64,000 nt of DNA, taken from Candidatus Eiseniibacteriota bacterium (GTDB lineage: Bacteria > Eisenbacteria > RBG-16-71-46 > JACRLI01). The translations under genes were made by a program, and so were the position numbers. Below, in pieces: positions 18,611 to 28,409 of the stretch (position 1 is its first letter; the number at the start of each line of letters is the position of its first letter). The notes under the pieces are model-generated. The model was not told the DNA's origin, did no database searches, and was given only the letters and a program-made list of their open reading frames with translations. The stretch spans positions 247,405 to 311,404 of the forward strand of contig JACRLI010000014.1 in assembly GCA_016235265.1 (NCBI GenBank), read 5' to 3'.

Positions 18611-21600
18611 TGCCCCCTTCGATGGTCCATCGGTGAACTTCCCGGCCCCGGCGAAACGCGTCCGGATGTACTCATCGGCGCTGCCTGCCACGAGCTTCAC
18701 CGTGCCCGGCCCGCTCCTCACAAAGAAGTCGCCGTCCTTGCTCGATTCCATTCCACTCCACTTCAGGAATACCGGCTCGGGGCTCCGCTGGCAGGTGGCC
18801 ACGCACACGGTCTTGCCCTGCACCATCTGGGTCTTCGTATCGATGCAGGTCCCGGCCCGATCGCCGAGGCCGTTGCGGACTGCCAGCGCGAGGTGCCGCA
18901 TGAACTTGTCGTCGCTCTCGAGCCGGTCCTTCTCGATCCCAACGATGGATCCGTCATCGGCGACGCCGATCAAGAGGTCGCCACCTTCGGTGTTCAGGAA
19001 CGCGGCGATGGTCTTCAGCACGGCGTGGGTCACAGCCGTGTCGTCCTGCCGGTCTTCCTGGAGGTTCCAGCGGAGCGTGGATTTGAAGTCGAGCGTCTTC
19101 GACCCACCGCGCTTGATCAGCTCCTCGGCGTTACGGTGGGCGCGCAGGTACTGGTCGAAGAGGAAGTTCTTGACGGTCTCGCCGAAGGCGCGGTCGTCGG
19201 TGATGCGCTTGTAGAGATCGAAGTTCGAGTCGACGATCTCCTGGATCACGTGCTCGACCTTCTGATCGAAAGTCAGCCGCACGTTTTCGCGGGTGTTGGC
19301 GCGCGCGGCGGCGTCGAGCGCCGCGTCGTCGTCGAGCTTTGCCATCATCTGCCCGAGAGTGACGCGATGCTCGGGGCCGAGGTTCAGACCGAAGCGCTCG
19401 TTCAACTCGGCGATAATGCGGGAGAGCGTCTCCAGCTCCTCCGGCGTGGTGCCGTGGCCCTGCTTGGTGCTCACGGGTTCGAGCACGCCGGGCCTGCGCT
19501 CAAGCGCGATCTTGCCGCTGCCGGTCTGCTGGATCCGGTACGACTCCATGTCGATGTTCTGCTGCACCTCACGGGGCAGCTCAGCGCGATCGGCGGGCAG
19601 GAGGCGCCGCAGGTGCCGCGCGAAGACGTAGAGCTTCTCCAGGTCGGCGTCGGCAAAGGTCAGGACCTGGGCCAGAAACGCGTAGAGCCGCACGTAGTCG
19701 GTGAGCTGACCGCGGAGGTCATGTCGCTCCTCCTCGGAGAGCGCCCCAAAGCGCTCGACTACGGGCGCGAGCACCGAATAGAGCCGGTCCTGTGTCGCCT
19801 TGGGGTCGAAGTAGACCTTGGCGAAGGCCTTCACATCGGCCTCGGTGTAGACCGGGAAGGCACCGAGTCGCGTCTGAATCTCGTATAGGAGGTTCGGGTC
19901 GGTCGCCTCCGAGAGCAGCGTGGTCTCGTAGTAGGGCTCGAACGCGGTCTTGATCTCGTCCGACTCGTTGGCGAAGTCGAGGACCATCGTGCCCTTCTTC
20001 TCGGGAGGCAGCGTGCGGTTGAGGCGCGAGAGTGTCTGTACGGCGTTCACGCCACCGAGCTTCTTATCCACATACATCGTATGCAGCAGCGGTTGGTCGA
20101 ACCCGGTCTGGAACTTGTTGGCCACGATCAGGAACCGGTGCTCGGGTTGCTCGAATGTCTTCGCCGTCTGCGCCTCCGGAAAGCCATTCATGCCTGATTC
20201 AGTGTATGACCGCCCGCCGTCCTGCACGGTGCCCGAGAACGCTACCAGGGCCTTGAACGGGTACCCGCGCTCGGCCAGGTACTTGTCCGCCGCCAGTCTG
20301 TAACGCACTGCATGCAGTCGAGAGCGGGTGACGATCATCGCCTTCGCCCTGCCACCGATCTCGCCCTGCACCTGGGTGGCGAAGTGCTCGACGCAGATCC
20401 TGACTTTCTCGCCGATCGCGTGCGGGTGCAGCTCGACGAACGACTTGAGCAGGTACTCGGCCTTCTTCTTGTCGTAGCGCGGGTCGTCCTCGACCTTCTT
20501 CAGCAGCCGCCAGTACGCCTTGTAGGTCGAATAGTTCGCCAGCACGTCGAGGATGAATCCCTCCTCGATCGCCTGGCGCATGCTGTAGAGGTGGAAGGGC
20601 GCGAACTTTCCGTCGGGGCGCTTCGTGCCGAATAGTTCAAGCGTCTTCGGTTTCGGCGTGGCCGTGAAGGCGAAGGTCGAGAGGTTGGGAAGCCGCCCGC
20701 GCTTCTCCATCTCGGCCAGGATCGCGCTCTCCAGCTCCTCCTCGGGCGTCGCCGCCTCCGCCTCTTCCATCTCCGCCTCTTCGAGCGAGCCCGAGCTGAG
20801 CACGGCCTTGAGGCTCTTCGTGCTCTCGCCCGACTGCGAGGAGTGCGCCTCGTCGACGATCAGGGCGAAGCGCTTGCCCGGCAGCTCGCCAATCTCCTTC
20901 GCGATCACGGGGAACTTCTGGAGCGTGGTGACGATGATCGTCTTCCCCGACTCAAGCGCGTCCTTGAGCTGGCGCGAGGTCGTGTCGATGTTTTCGACCA
21001 CGCCGAGCGTCTGCTCGAACTGGCGCATCGTAGTCTGGAGCTGGCGGTCGAGCACGCGCCGGTCGGTGATGACCACGATCGAGTCGAAGACGCGTCGGTC
21101 GCCCGCGTCGTGCAGCGTCGCGAGCTGATGGGCGAGCCAGGCAATGGTGAAACTCTTGCCGCTGCCGGCCGAGTGCTGGATCAGGTAACGTCGCCCGGCA
21201 CCCAGAGCGCGTGCATCGGTCACGAGCTTGCGTACGCAGTCAAGCTGCTGGTAGCGCGGGAAGATCAGGAAGTGCCGGCCGGTCTTGCGCCCCTTCTCGT
21301 CCTCTTCCTCGACCTCGTGGATGAACTGGCGCACGAGGTCGAGCACGCTGTCGCGCGACCAGGTCTCCTCCCAGAGATAGGCGGTCGCATAGCCGCTCCG
21401 GGTGGGAGGCACGGGCGGGTTGCCAGCGCCGCCGAACTTGCCCTGGTTGAAGGGCAGGAAGCGCGTCCTCGGTCCGGCGAGCCGGGTCGTGACGTAGACC
21501 AGGTCGGGATCCACCGCGAAGTGCGCGAGACAGCGGCCGTAGGCGAGCAGCGGCTCGCGCGGATCGCGATCGGTCTTGTACTGGCGGATCGCGTCCTCGA

Positions 21601-22159
21601 CGTCCTGGCTGTTGAGGGGGTTCTTGAGCTCGGCGGTGAAGATCGGGATGCCGTTCAGGAACAGCACCAGATCGAGGCTGTTCTCGTTCTTCGTACTGTA
21701 GTGGACCTGGCGCACCACGGCGAAGAGGTTCGCAGCGTGCAGCCGCCGGGTCTCCTCGTTGAGCGCGCTCGCGGGACGGAAGTAGGCGAGGCGGAACTTG
21801 CAGCCCGAATCCTTGAGGCCGTTGCGCAGGACGTCGAGCGCCCCGCGGCGCTCGATCTCGGCGGCGAGGCGCTTCAAGAACTGCTCCCGGGCGGCCGCGC
21901 CGTGGTGCTGCTCGAGCTTCTTCCACTCCTTGGGTTGCGTGGCTAGGACGAAGTCCAGCACGTCGCGTGGCAGGAGGCAGAGCGTGCGGTCGTAGTGCTC
22001 CGGCTTGCGCTTGCGGTAGCCGCCCGGCGGTCTGTCACCAAATGGCGGCGGCGTCTCGCGCACGGCGGTAGTTTCCCCCGAGCATGCGTCCGGGCCGTGC
22101 TGGAGCAGGGCGCACTCAATCGCCTCCTCGAAGGAGCGTTCGGAGATCTCGGGGATCAT
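18605..22159 (-). CDS. hsdR: Type I restriction enzyme R subunit with a C-terminal Schlafen/AlbA_2 domain
   Basis: DLVLFLNGIPIFTAELK nuclease motif, HSAGSGKS, IVDEAH, FTATP, QTGFD, QTLSRLNR; C-terminal FKSTLRW...IAAFLNTEGGDLLIGVADDG. Confidence 0.96.
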   Translation of the reverse strand: MIPEISERSFEEAIECALLQHGPDACSGETTAVRETPPPFGDRPPGGYRKRKPEHYDRTLCLLPRDVLDFVLATQPKEWKKLEQHHGAAAREQFLKRLAAEIERRGALDVLRNGLKDSGCKFRLAYFRPASALNEETRRLHAANLFAVVRQVHYSTKNENSLDLVLFLNGIPIFTAELKNPLNSQDVEDAIRQYKTDRDPREPLLAYGRCLAHFAVDPDLVYVTTRLAGPRTRFLPFNQGKFGGAGNPPVPPTRSGYATAYLWEETWSRDSVLDLVRQFIHEVEEEDEKGRKTGRHFLIFPRYQQLDCVRKLVTDARALGAGRRYLIQHSAGSGKSFTIAWLAHQLATLHDAGDRRVFDSIVVITDRRVLDRQLQTTMRQFEQTLGVVENIDTTSRQLKDALESGKTIIVTTLQKFPVIAKEIGELPGKRFALIVDEAHSSQSGESTKSLKAVLSSGSLEEAEMEEAEAATPEEELESAILAEMEKRGRLPNLSTFAFTATPKPKTLELFGTKRPDGKFAPFHLYSMRQAIEEGFILDVLANYSTYKAYWRLLKKVEDDPRYDKKKAEYLLKSFVELHPHAIGEKVRICVEHFATQVQGEIGGRAKAMIVTRSRLHAVRYRLAADKYLAERGYPFKALVAFSGTVQDGGRSYTESGMNGFPEAQTAKTFEQPEHRFLIVANKFQTGFDQPLLHTMYVDKKLGGVNAVQTLSRLNRTLPPEKKGTMVLDFANESDEIKTAFEPYYETTLLSEATDPNLLYEIQTRLGAFPVYTEADVKAFAKVYFDPKATQDRLYSVLAPVVERFGALSEEERHDLRGQLTDYVRLYAFLAQVLTFADADLEKLYVFARHLRRLLPADRAELPREVQQNIDMESYRIQQTGSGKIALERRPGVLEPVSTKQGHGTTPEELETLSRIIAELNERFGLNLGPEHRVTLGQMMAKLDDDAALDAAARANTRENVRLTFDQKVEHVIQEIVDSNFDLYKRITDDRAFGETVKNFLFDQYLRAHRNAEELIKRGGSKTLDFKSTLRWNLQEDRQDDTAVTHAVLKTIAAFLNTEGGDLLIGVADDGSIVGIEKDRLESDDKFMRHLALAVRNGLGDRAGTCIDTKTQMVQGKTVCVATCQRSPEPVFLKWSGMESSKDGDFFVRSGPGTVKLVAGSADEYIRTRFAGAGKFTDGPSKGAV

Positions 22160-23517
22160 GCGACCTCCTTCCGCACGTCGATCCTGCCCGTCACGGCGGC
22201 TGAGATGAGCGCGGCGCGGAGTTCCTGGAGGCGGTCGATGGCATCGCGGACTTTTGCGACCAGGGCGTCGATTCGCGCCGTCTCCCGATCAAGGACAACT
22301 GCAATGGCGACTTGCTCCGAATGGGGCGGCACCATCATGTGCATTCGCGACAGGTGTGAGGGACCGAAGTGCTGAATCGCACTCCCGCAGCGAGCAAGCT
22401 CTGTCTGTGTGAGAAAAGCTCCAGAAAGAAGGAACCACCGAAGAAAAGTCCTCACCATCGTGCCGGCGCGTGGTCGCATGATGATGATGCCTGTGTAGGG
22501 AACGGCACCTTGAGTTTCCACGTCCACCTCAGAGCAGAAGCCAGTCGAGGCGCTTCCGCTAATCAGAAGATCGCCGATCCGAACGCAGAAGTGATCCCAC
22601 CTCCGATGGACCAAGTCGGGTGAAAGGTAGTTGCAGCCACTGAGACTTGCCCTTCGTCCGCCGATGCCAGCAATCCGAAGCAACGGAATACCATCGTTCG
22701 TGAAATCAGACGCCATGATCCCCGGGCCTTCCAGGAAACGTACTTCTCTCTTAAGCGGCTTCACCTCCCAATGCGCGGGAATCTCTCCCAGCCACTCGAC
22801 ACCGGAGTCCTTCGTCGGGACACACGGGTCGAGGCCATTGGTGACGGCGCGCGTGATGAGGGCGGTGCGCTGCTCCTGTAGCAGCGCGATTAGCCGCTCC
22901 TTCTTCGCTACCAGCGCATCGATCCGCGCCGTCTCCCGGTCGAGGAAGGCGGCGATGGCGCGTTGCTCGGGGATGGGGGGGCTCGCCAGCTCGTACGTCG
23001 CCATCTCGCTTTCGTTGATAGCGGGAAAGCTCACGCCCTTGGAGTTCGCCACGACGCGCTCGACGAAGTACGGAGCTCGCAGGGCATACGCGGCGTAGTC
23101 GGTCGTCAGATCGTCCACGGGCCGGACGACAGCGAAGCCTGTCGAGACAACCATGCCAGGTTCTGGATTGCGGATCGGGGCGATTGCGCGGAGGTACGTG
23201 CGCACGGTCGACACGACCACGTCGCCGTCGCGCACGAGTCTTCGGGCACGGGATGGAGCCGAGGAGAACGCGAGTTGTTCCTGTTCGACGATTCGCCCGA
23301 GGCTGTTAACGCCTCCGATGTCCACGTAGACCATCTCGCGCCCGGGATCGGTGTCCTCCATGAGCGACTCCGGGTTCAGCGTGGCCAGATGCTTCAGCCG
23401 CTTCACCTCCCAATGCGCCGGAATCTCCCCCAGCCACTCGACGCCGGAGTCCTTGTAGGCCGGGTACGGCTTGAAGCGCGGGCGCGCGGGCGGCAGCGGC
23501 TGCACGGATTCCTTCAT
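22156..23517 (-). CDS. hsdS: Type I restriction-modification specificity subunit
   Basis: Start MKESVQP; two KDSGVEWLGEIPAHWEVK repeats, PP..EQ.AI, LDRETARIDAL, ALISAAVTG. Confidence 0.95.
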   Translation of the reverse strand: MKESVQPLPPARPRFKPYPAYKDSGVEWLGEIPAHWEVKRLKHLATLNPESLMEDTDPGREMVYVDIGGVNSLGRIVEQEQLAFSSAPSRARRLVRDGDVVVSTVRTYLRAIAPIRNPEPGMVVSTGFAVVRPVDDLTTDYAAYALRAPYFVERVVANSKGVSFPAINESEMATYELASPPIPEQRAIAAFLDRETARIDALVAKKERLIALLQEQRTALITRAVTNGLDPCVPTKDSGVEWLGEIPAHWEVKPLKREVRFLEGPGIMASDFTNDGIPLLRIAGIGGRRASLSGCNYLSPDLVHRRWDHFCVRIGDLLISGSASTGFCSEVDVETQGAVPYTGIIIMRPRAGTMVRTFLRWFLLSGAFLTQTELARCGSAIQHFGPSHLSRMHMMVPPHSEQVAIAVVLDRETARIDALVAKVRDAIDRLQELRAALISAAVTGRIDVRKEVA

Positions 23518-24593
23518 GCCGTTACCCTCCGGCGCTGTCCGCTCTGGTAATCGGTCCAGACCTGATCCATGTCCAACTCTTTCATTGCTTCGCGCAGCCG
23601 TTCGATCGCCTTCTGCGAGTAGCGATCGAAGCATGCCTTGCCGATCGTGATGCGGCGATAGCAATCCGCATCGTCCTTGATCTTCAGATGGCGGATCAGC
23701 GCCGTGGTCTTGGGTCCCGACAGCCCAAGGTGCTCCGCCACCTGATCCCGGCCGAGGTTGTAGAAGCCGAGCGAGTCCACCTTGTGAACCGCCACGACGC
23801 TGGCTCCGGGCGTGCCTTCGGGCACGAGCTGGATCGGAATCCCTTCCTTCTTCGCGATCCGCAGGTCGAGGGACGGGCCGGCCCCTGTGGCGGTGAGCTC
23901 GATCGCGGCGACGCCGGGGAAGACATCACTCCACTGCGAGCCCTTGCTGATCGAATCGCCGAGCTTGCGCAGCTCGCCATCGGTCGGCTGGATGCGGTCG
24001 CCCCGCATGGCGCCGTCGACGATCGCGAGCGCCCGGAGTTTGGCGGCAGCCTCGACCTTCCGTCGCTTGCCGGGCGTGAGGAGCCGCTGCACCTCCCTGG
24101 CCTCCTGCTCGAAGAGGGTCGCGAGATCGGTCGGCGGCGTGGTCGAGAGCGGCAGGACGCGAGGCGGAAGATGGACCTTGAGATCCTGATCGAACACCGC
24201 TCGGACGACATCGCGAAACAACGTCAGCCCGGCCTGGGCGTGGATGTAGAGGTGCTGTTCCGAGAGGTCGACCAGGTGGTGCTGGGCGGCGTCGCGCAGC
24301 GTGTTGATCGCCTGTAGCTGAAGGACCTGCTCCTGGCTCAAGAACCGGACCGAGCCGTCGCTAAGCGCCTTTCGCAGGCACTCGTCGAATCCGATCGTCT
24401 GCTTCTCCCGCGGCTTCCGGATCGCTCCTCCCCGATGCAGGATCGAAGCCTTGAGCAGCATCTCGAACGCGTGATCCAGCAGGATCAAGACGGCATCGAC
24501 GCGGCCCCGGTCCCAGGGCCGGTTGTAATGCTCGATGCTGAGCACGAGCGAGTCGACCGCCTTCGCGAAGAGCAGCCTGGATTCGCGCTTCAT
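23514..24593 (-). CDS. DUF3644-like protein with HEPN RxxxxH motif (putative RNase effector)
   Basis: Start MKRESRLL at 24593; HAFEMLLKA and LRDAAQH; overlaps both neighbouring genes by 4 bp. Confidence 0.78.
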   Translation of the reverse strand: MKRESRLLFAKAVDSLVLSIEHYNRPWDRGRVDAVLILLDHAFEMLLKASILHRGGAIRKPREKQTIGFDECLRKALSDGSVRFLSQEQVLQLQAINTLRDAAQHHLVDLSEQHLYIHAQAGLTLFRDVVRAVFDQDLKVHLPPRVLPLSTTPPTDLATLFEQEAREVQRLLTPGKRRKVEAAAKLRALAIVDGAMRGDRIQPTDGELRKLGDSISKGSQWSDVFPGVAAIELTATGAGPSLDLRIAKKEGIPIQLVPEGTPGASVVAVHKVDSLGFYNLGRDQVAEHLGLSGPKTTALIRHLKIKDDADCYRRITIGKACFDRYSQKAIERLREAMKELDMDQVWTDYQSGQRRRVTA

Positions 24594-25522
24594 CGCGAGC
24601 GTTCCTCGCTCGGATTCCACGGGCCGCTCGGCAGCCAGGTCTGCGCGAACGGCTCGGTCGCGACGATGCTGTCCCGAAGCGGACCGAGGAAGCTCGTGAT
24701 CCGCTCGCCGATGGCGCCGAACCGCACCGGAGGTGGAATCAGCACGGCGCCCGCTGCGAGGTAGTTGCGCCAGCGAGTCGTGAGTTCCGGCAGGTGATAG
24801 AAGGCGGTGGTGAGAGCCCGCGGCGCCTCCTCCGTCCACGGCGTGCGTCGCCGCTCGAAGCAGGCGGCGACGGCGTGCTGCAGCGCAGCCCCATCGAACT
24901 CGAAGGCACCGGCCAGGGCCCAGACGTCGTGGAAGTCCTTCATCCGGCTGTTCCGCGTGTCGAGCTTGACCATGGCCTCGAACTTCTCCGCCACCGTCTG
25001 CTCGCGCGGATAGGCGCGCAGGCGAGGCGCCGGCAGCGACGAAAGCATCGTCGGATAGGTGATCTCCTCCGGCGCGATGGCGATCGCGTCGCCCACGCCG
25101 AGGTCGAGCTGGACCGCGATGCGGGCCTGACCCAAGAACGCACGAAAGCGTGCGCGCTTGCCGGAGTACTCCTCCTCGGCCCGGATCGCCTCCACGACCA
25201 GTTCGGAGAGATCGAAGCGGAGCCCGTCCTCGGGACACGCCACCGCGCAGATCTCCGCGATCAACGACAGGATCGCGGGGTCGTCCATGGTGCATGAAGC
25301 CAGCACGTCGACATCGCGGGTCGCCCGGTAGGGATCCGGCATCCAGACCGCAAGCAGGCTGGCGCCCTTCAGGATGCAGCGATCTCGCGCCGCGCAGGCG
25401 CCGAGGCGGAAGAGCAGCCGCTCGCCGGCGAAGCGCGCGAGCGTGCGCTCGAACTCCTCACCGCGTGCCTTGGCTTGGTCGAGCAGGCGCGCCCGGACCG
25501 AGGCCGCGACATCGGGGCTCAT
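24590..25522 (-). CDS. abiEii: AbiEii/AbiGii nucleotidyltransferase toxin (type IV TA)
   Basis: LKGASLL, RATRDVD, AEKFEA, NSRMKDFHD. Confidence 0.93.
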   Translation of the reverse strand: MSPDVAASVRARLLDQAKARGEEFERTLARFAGERLLFRLGACAARDRCILKGASLLAVWMPDPYRATRDVDVLASCTMDDPAILSLIAEICAVACPEDGLRFDLSELVVEAIRAEEEYSGKRARFRAFLGQARIAVQLDLGVGDAIAIAPEEITYPTMLSSLPAPRLRAYPREQTVAEKFEAMVKLDTRNSRMKDFHDVWALAGAFEFDGAALQHAVAACFERRRTPWTEEAPRALTTAFYHLPELTTRWRNYLAAGAVLIPPPVRFGAIGERITSFLGPLRDSIVATEPFAQTWLPSGPWNPSEERSR

Positions 25523-26154
25523 ATCAACCTCACGTCGAGGGCGGCGCTCAGGCGGCGCGACGGAAGGACCTCGACGACGCGCGTCAGCTCGGCGACGGTC
25601 ACCTTGCGCTGGCGCAGGCCGTCCTGGAGCGCCTCCATCGCCGCTTCCGGGCCGACGAGCCGCTCGAAGCGGAAGCAGTCGGCCACGGTGCGCGCGGGCG
25701 AGGTGATTCGGGCCGGCACTCCCTCGAACGCCGTCTCCTGCACGCCGAAGTTCCAGGCCGGGCCGCTGAAACGCACGGTGCGCAGCTTCAGCTCGCGCAG
25801 TAGGGGCTTGCGCGCCTTGTGCGGGATGGCAAGCCAGACTTCCGCCGGCGCCTGGGTCCCGATGCCGTGGATCCGCAGTGCCGAGAGCAGGCAGACGATG
25901 CTGTTCGGCACGCGCGCGCAGGCCATGGCGATGGAGTAGTCCTCGGTCGGCTCGGCGCCCGTCAGGCGGTAGAGCCCACGTCCGACCCGCTCGACAAGCT
26001 TCGAGCGCAGCAGGGCTGGGAGGTGGTCCCGCGTCAGGCCAGCGTGTTCGAGCTGGGCAGCACGGAAAAAGCCGACGACCCCCGAACTGCGGAGTCGTTC
26101 GACCGGGTCCCGAGCCGCTCCTTGACCCGTTTTGTCGGCACGTCGAGGTGACAT
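25519..26154 (-). CDS. abiEi: AbiEi antitoxin (type IV TA); start uncertain
   Basis: VERVGRGLYRL, CLLSAL.IHG, ITSPARTVADCF. Confidence 0.92.
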   Translation of the reverse strand: MSPRRADKTGQGAARDPVERLRSSGVVGFFRAAQLEHAGLTRDHLPALLRSKLVERVGRGLYRLTGAEPTEDYSIAMACARVPNSIVCLLSALRIHGIGTQAPAEVWLAIPHKARKPLLRELKLRTVRFSGPAWNFGVQETAFEGVPARITSPARTVADCFRFERLVGPEAAMEALQDGLRQRKVTVAELTRVVEVLPSRRLSAALDVRLI

Positions 26155-26232
26155 GACGACAATATGCGTCATGGGCCCGGCTCTCGTCAACACAAGATGT
26201 CGGCGCCTCTCCGTGAGTGCCGACATCTTGTG

Positions 26233-28359
26233 TCAGCCTCGAGGGGCGGCCGCGCCCGTCACCTCGGCCAGCATCCGCAGGATTTCCTGCTCGATCCCCC
26301 GGATCTCGCCCTCGATCTCCTCGATCGGGCGCGGCGGGGTGTAGCGGTAGAAGTAGCGATTGAAGTTGATCTCGTAGCCGACGAGGCCGCCCTGGCCGTC
26401 CCTCGCATCCCGCTTGCTCGTGTCGATCCAGGCGTCGGGGACGTGGGGCTTGACCTCCCGCTCGAGAAACGCCTCGACGCGCTCTGCGAGCGGCACGCTC
26501 TCCGTGTCGCGCAGCTCCGGGTCCGGCTCGGGGTTGCTGTCCTTGTCCCGGCAGATGGCGGCGGACTCGTCGCGCTCGGACAGCGCGGAGAGGATGGCCT
26601 TGCGCGCCGGCGCCGGGAGCTTCACGCCGGTTTTCTTCGCGGCGGCATCGAGCAGGCGCTCGAACTCGTCGCGGTCCTTGACGAGGGTGCCGGGCAGCCC
26701 GCGCACGAGCTTACGGATCGCCCCCTGCAACGCACGCCCGTCGACCTGCTCCTTCGCCCCCGCAGCGCCCTTCTTCTTCGACTGCGCCAGCGCCTGGAAG
26801 CCCTTCTCCTCCTCGAGGCGGGCGATGCGCTCAACGCTCGCCTGGAAGCTGAGCCGCAGGGGGCGCTCGACGGTGATCTTGCGGAAGCCGAAGTGGGTGG
26901 TTGGAAAGATGCGGCTGACGACGACGTCCTCTTCCTTGCCGTCCTTCGCCACTTTCCGCGTCTCGCCATCCTTGAAGGCGGACAGGACCTTCAGGATGTC
27001 CTGCGAGCGTTCGAGGGGGATCTCGCGCCGCTTGTCACCGAGGCTCTTGCGCATCGGGACCCAGAATGAGATGGCGTCGATCAGCTGAACCTTGCCCTTC
27101 CGCGCCGGCGCCTTGCGGTTCGTCACCACCCACACATACGTGGCGATGCCCGTGTTGTAGAAGAGCTGCTCGGGGAGTGCGATCAGCGCTTCCAGCAGGT
27201 CGTTCTCCAGGATGAAGCGGCGAATCTCGCTCTCGCCGCTGCCGGCATCGCCCGTGAACAGCGGCGAGCCGTTCATGATGATGGCGATCCGCGAGCCGCC
27301 GTCCTTCGGGTCCCTTGCGTGCGCCAACATGTGCAGCAGGAACAGGAGCTGGCCGTCGCTGATACGCGGGAGCCCCGGTCCGAAGCGGCCCGAGGCGCCG
27401 CGCTCGTGCTCGGCACGCACGGCGTCCTCGTCGCGCTTCCAGTCCTTGCCGTACGGCGGGTTGGCGATCAGGTAATCGAACGTCTGGCCGGAGTGGCGGT
27501 CGTTGGAGAGAGTGCTGCCGTATGCGATGTTGTCGGCGTCGCGTCCGGTCGGGTCCTTCATGAAGAGATCGGACTTCGAGACAGCCCAGGTTTCGGGATT
27601 CACCTCCTGGCCGAAGAGATGGATCTCCGCACCCGGGTTCATCGCGGGCCGGAGGATCTCGCCGTTCTTCCGCAGGCCGACGGTGATGTGCTCCTTGGTG
27701 ATCATCAGCATGCCGCCTGAGCCGCAGCACGGGTCGTACACGGTGCGGATCGCCTTCTTGGCCTGGATTTCCTTCTCATCACCGGCAAGCATCAGATCCA
27801 CCATCAGATGCACAACATCGCGCGGCGTGAAGTGCTCGCCCGGATTCTCGTTCAGCGCTTCGTTGAACTTCCGGATCAGCTCCTCGAAGATCGTGCCCAT
27901 CGTCGGGTTGTCAATTCTGTCCGGATGGAGATCGACGTTCTTGAAGCGCTCGAGCACCTGGAAGAGCAGCCCCGCCTCATCGAGCTTGCTGATCGTGTTG
28001 TCGAAATCGAACTTCTCCAACACCTCACGCATGTTCGGGCTGAAGCCGGCGATGTAGTTGCGAAGATTGGCGGCGAGGTGCGGCGCGTCGGCCAGCAGCT
28101 TCTCGAAGTCGTAGCGGGAGGTGTTGTAGAACGCGAAGCCCGCTATCTTCCGCAGCTGTGGATCGAGATTCTCGAGCTTCTTGCCCCGCAGCTCGGCTTG
28201 CTTGCCGAGGACCTTGCCCTTGGTAGGAGCGAGCACGCAGTCGAGGCGGCGCAGGACGGTCAGTGGCAGGATCACGTCCTGGTACTTGCCGCGCTTAAAG
28301 GTGTCGCGGATCAGGTCCGCAACGCCCCAGAGGAAGCTGACGATCTCGCTATGGTTCAC
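26233..28359 (-). CDS. hsdM: Type I restriction-modification m6A methyltransferase
   Basis: GEHFTPR, YDPCCGSGGML, ANPPYG, FYNTGI, GYEINFNRYFY. Confidence 0.97.
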   Translation of the reverse strand: MNHSEIVSFLWGVADLIRDTFKRGKYQDVILPLTVLRRLDCVLAPTKGKVLGKQAELRGKKLENLDPQLRKIAGFAFYNTSRYDFEKLLADAPHLAANLRNYIAGFSPNMREVLEKFDFDNTISKLDEAGLLFQVLERFKNVDLHPDRIDNPTMGTIFEELIRKFNEALNENPGEHFTPRDVVHLMVDLMLAGDEKEIQAKKAIRTVYDPCCGSGGMLMITKEHITVGLRKNGEILRPAMNPGAEIHLFGQEVNPETWAVSKSDLFMKDPTGRDADNIAYGSTLSNDRHSGQTFDYLIANPPYGKDWKRDEDAVRAEHERGASGRFGPGLPRISDGQLLFLLHMLAHARDPKDGGSRIAIIMNGSPLFTGDAGSGESEIRRFILENDLLEALIALPEQLFYNTGIATYVWVVTNRKAPARKGKVQLIDAISFWVPMRKSLGDKRREIPLERSQDILKVLSAFKDGETRKVAKDGKEEDVVVSRIFPTTHFGFRKITVERPLRLSFQASVERIARLEEEKGFQALAQSKKKGAAGAKEQVDGRALQGAIRKLVRGLPGTLVKDRDEFERLLDAAAKKTGVKLPAPARKAILSALSERDESAAICRDKDSNPEPDPELRDTESVPLAERVEAFLEREVKPHVPDAWIDTSKRDARDGQGGLVGYEINFNRYFYRYTPPRPIEEIEGEIRGIEQEILRMLAEVTGAAAPRG

Positions 28360-28409
28360 TGAGTTCGCTCTCCGTCCTCGCTGTTGGTGGCTGCGTCGTC
28401 ATTCGGACT

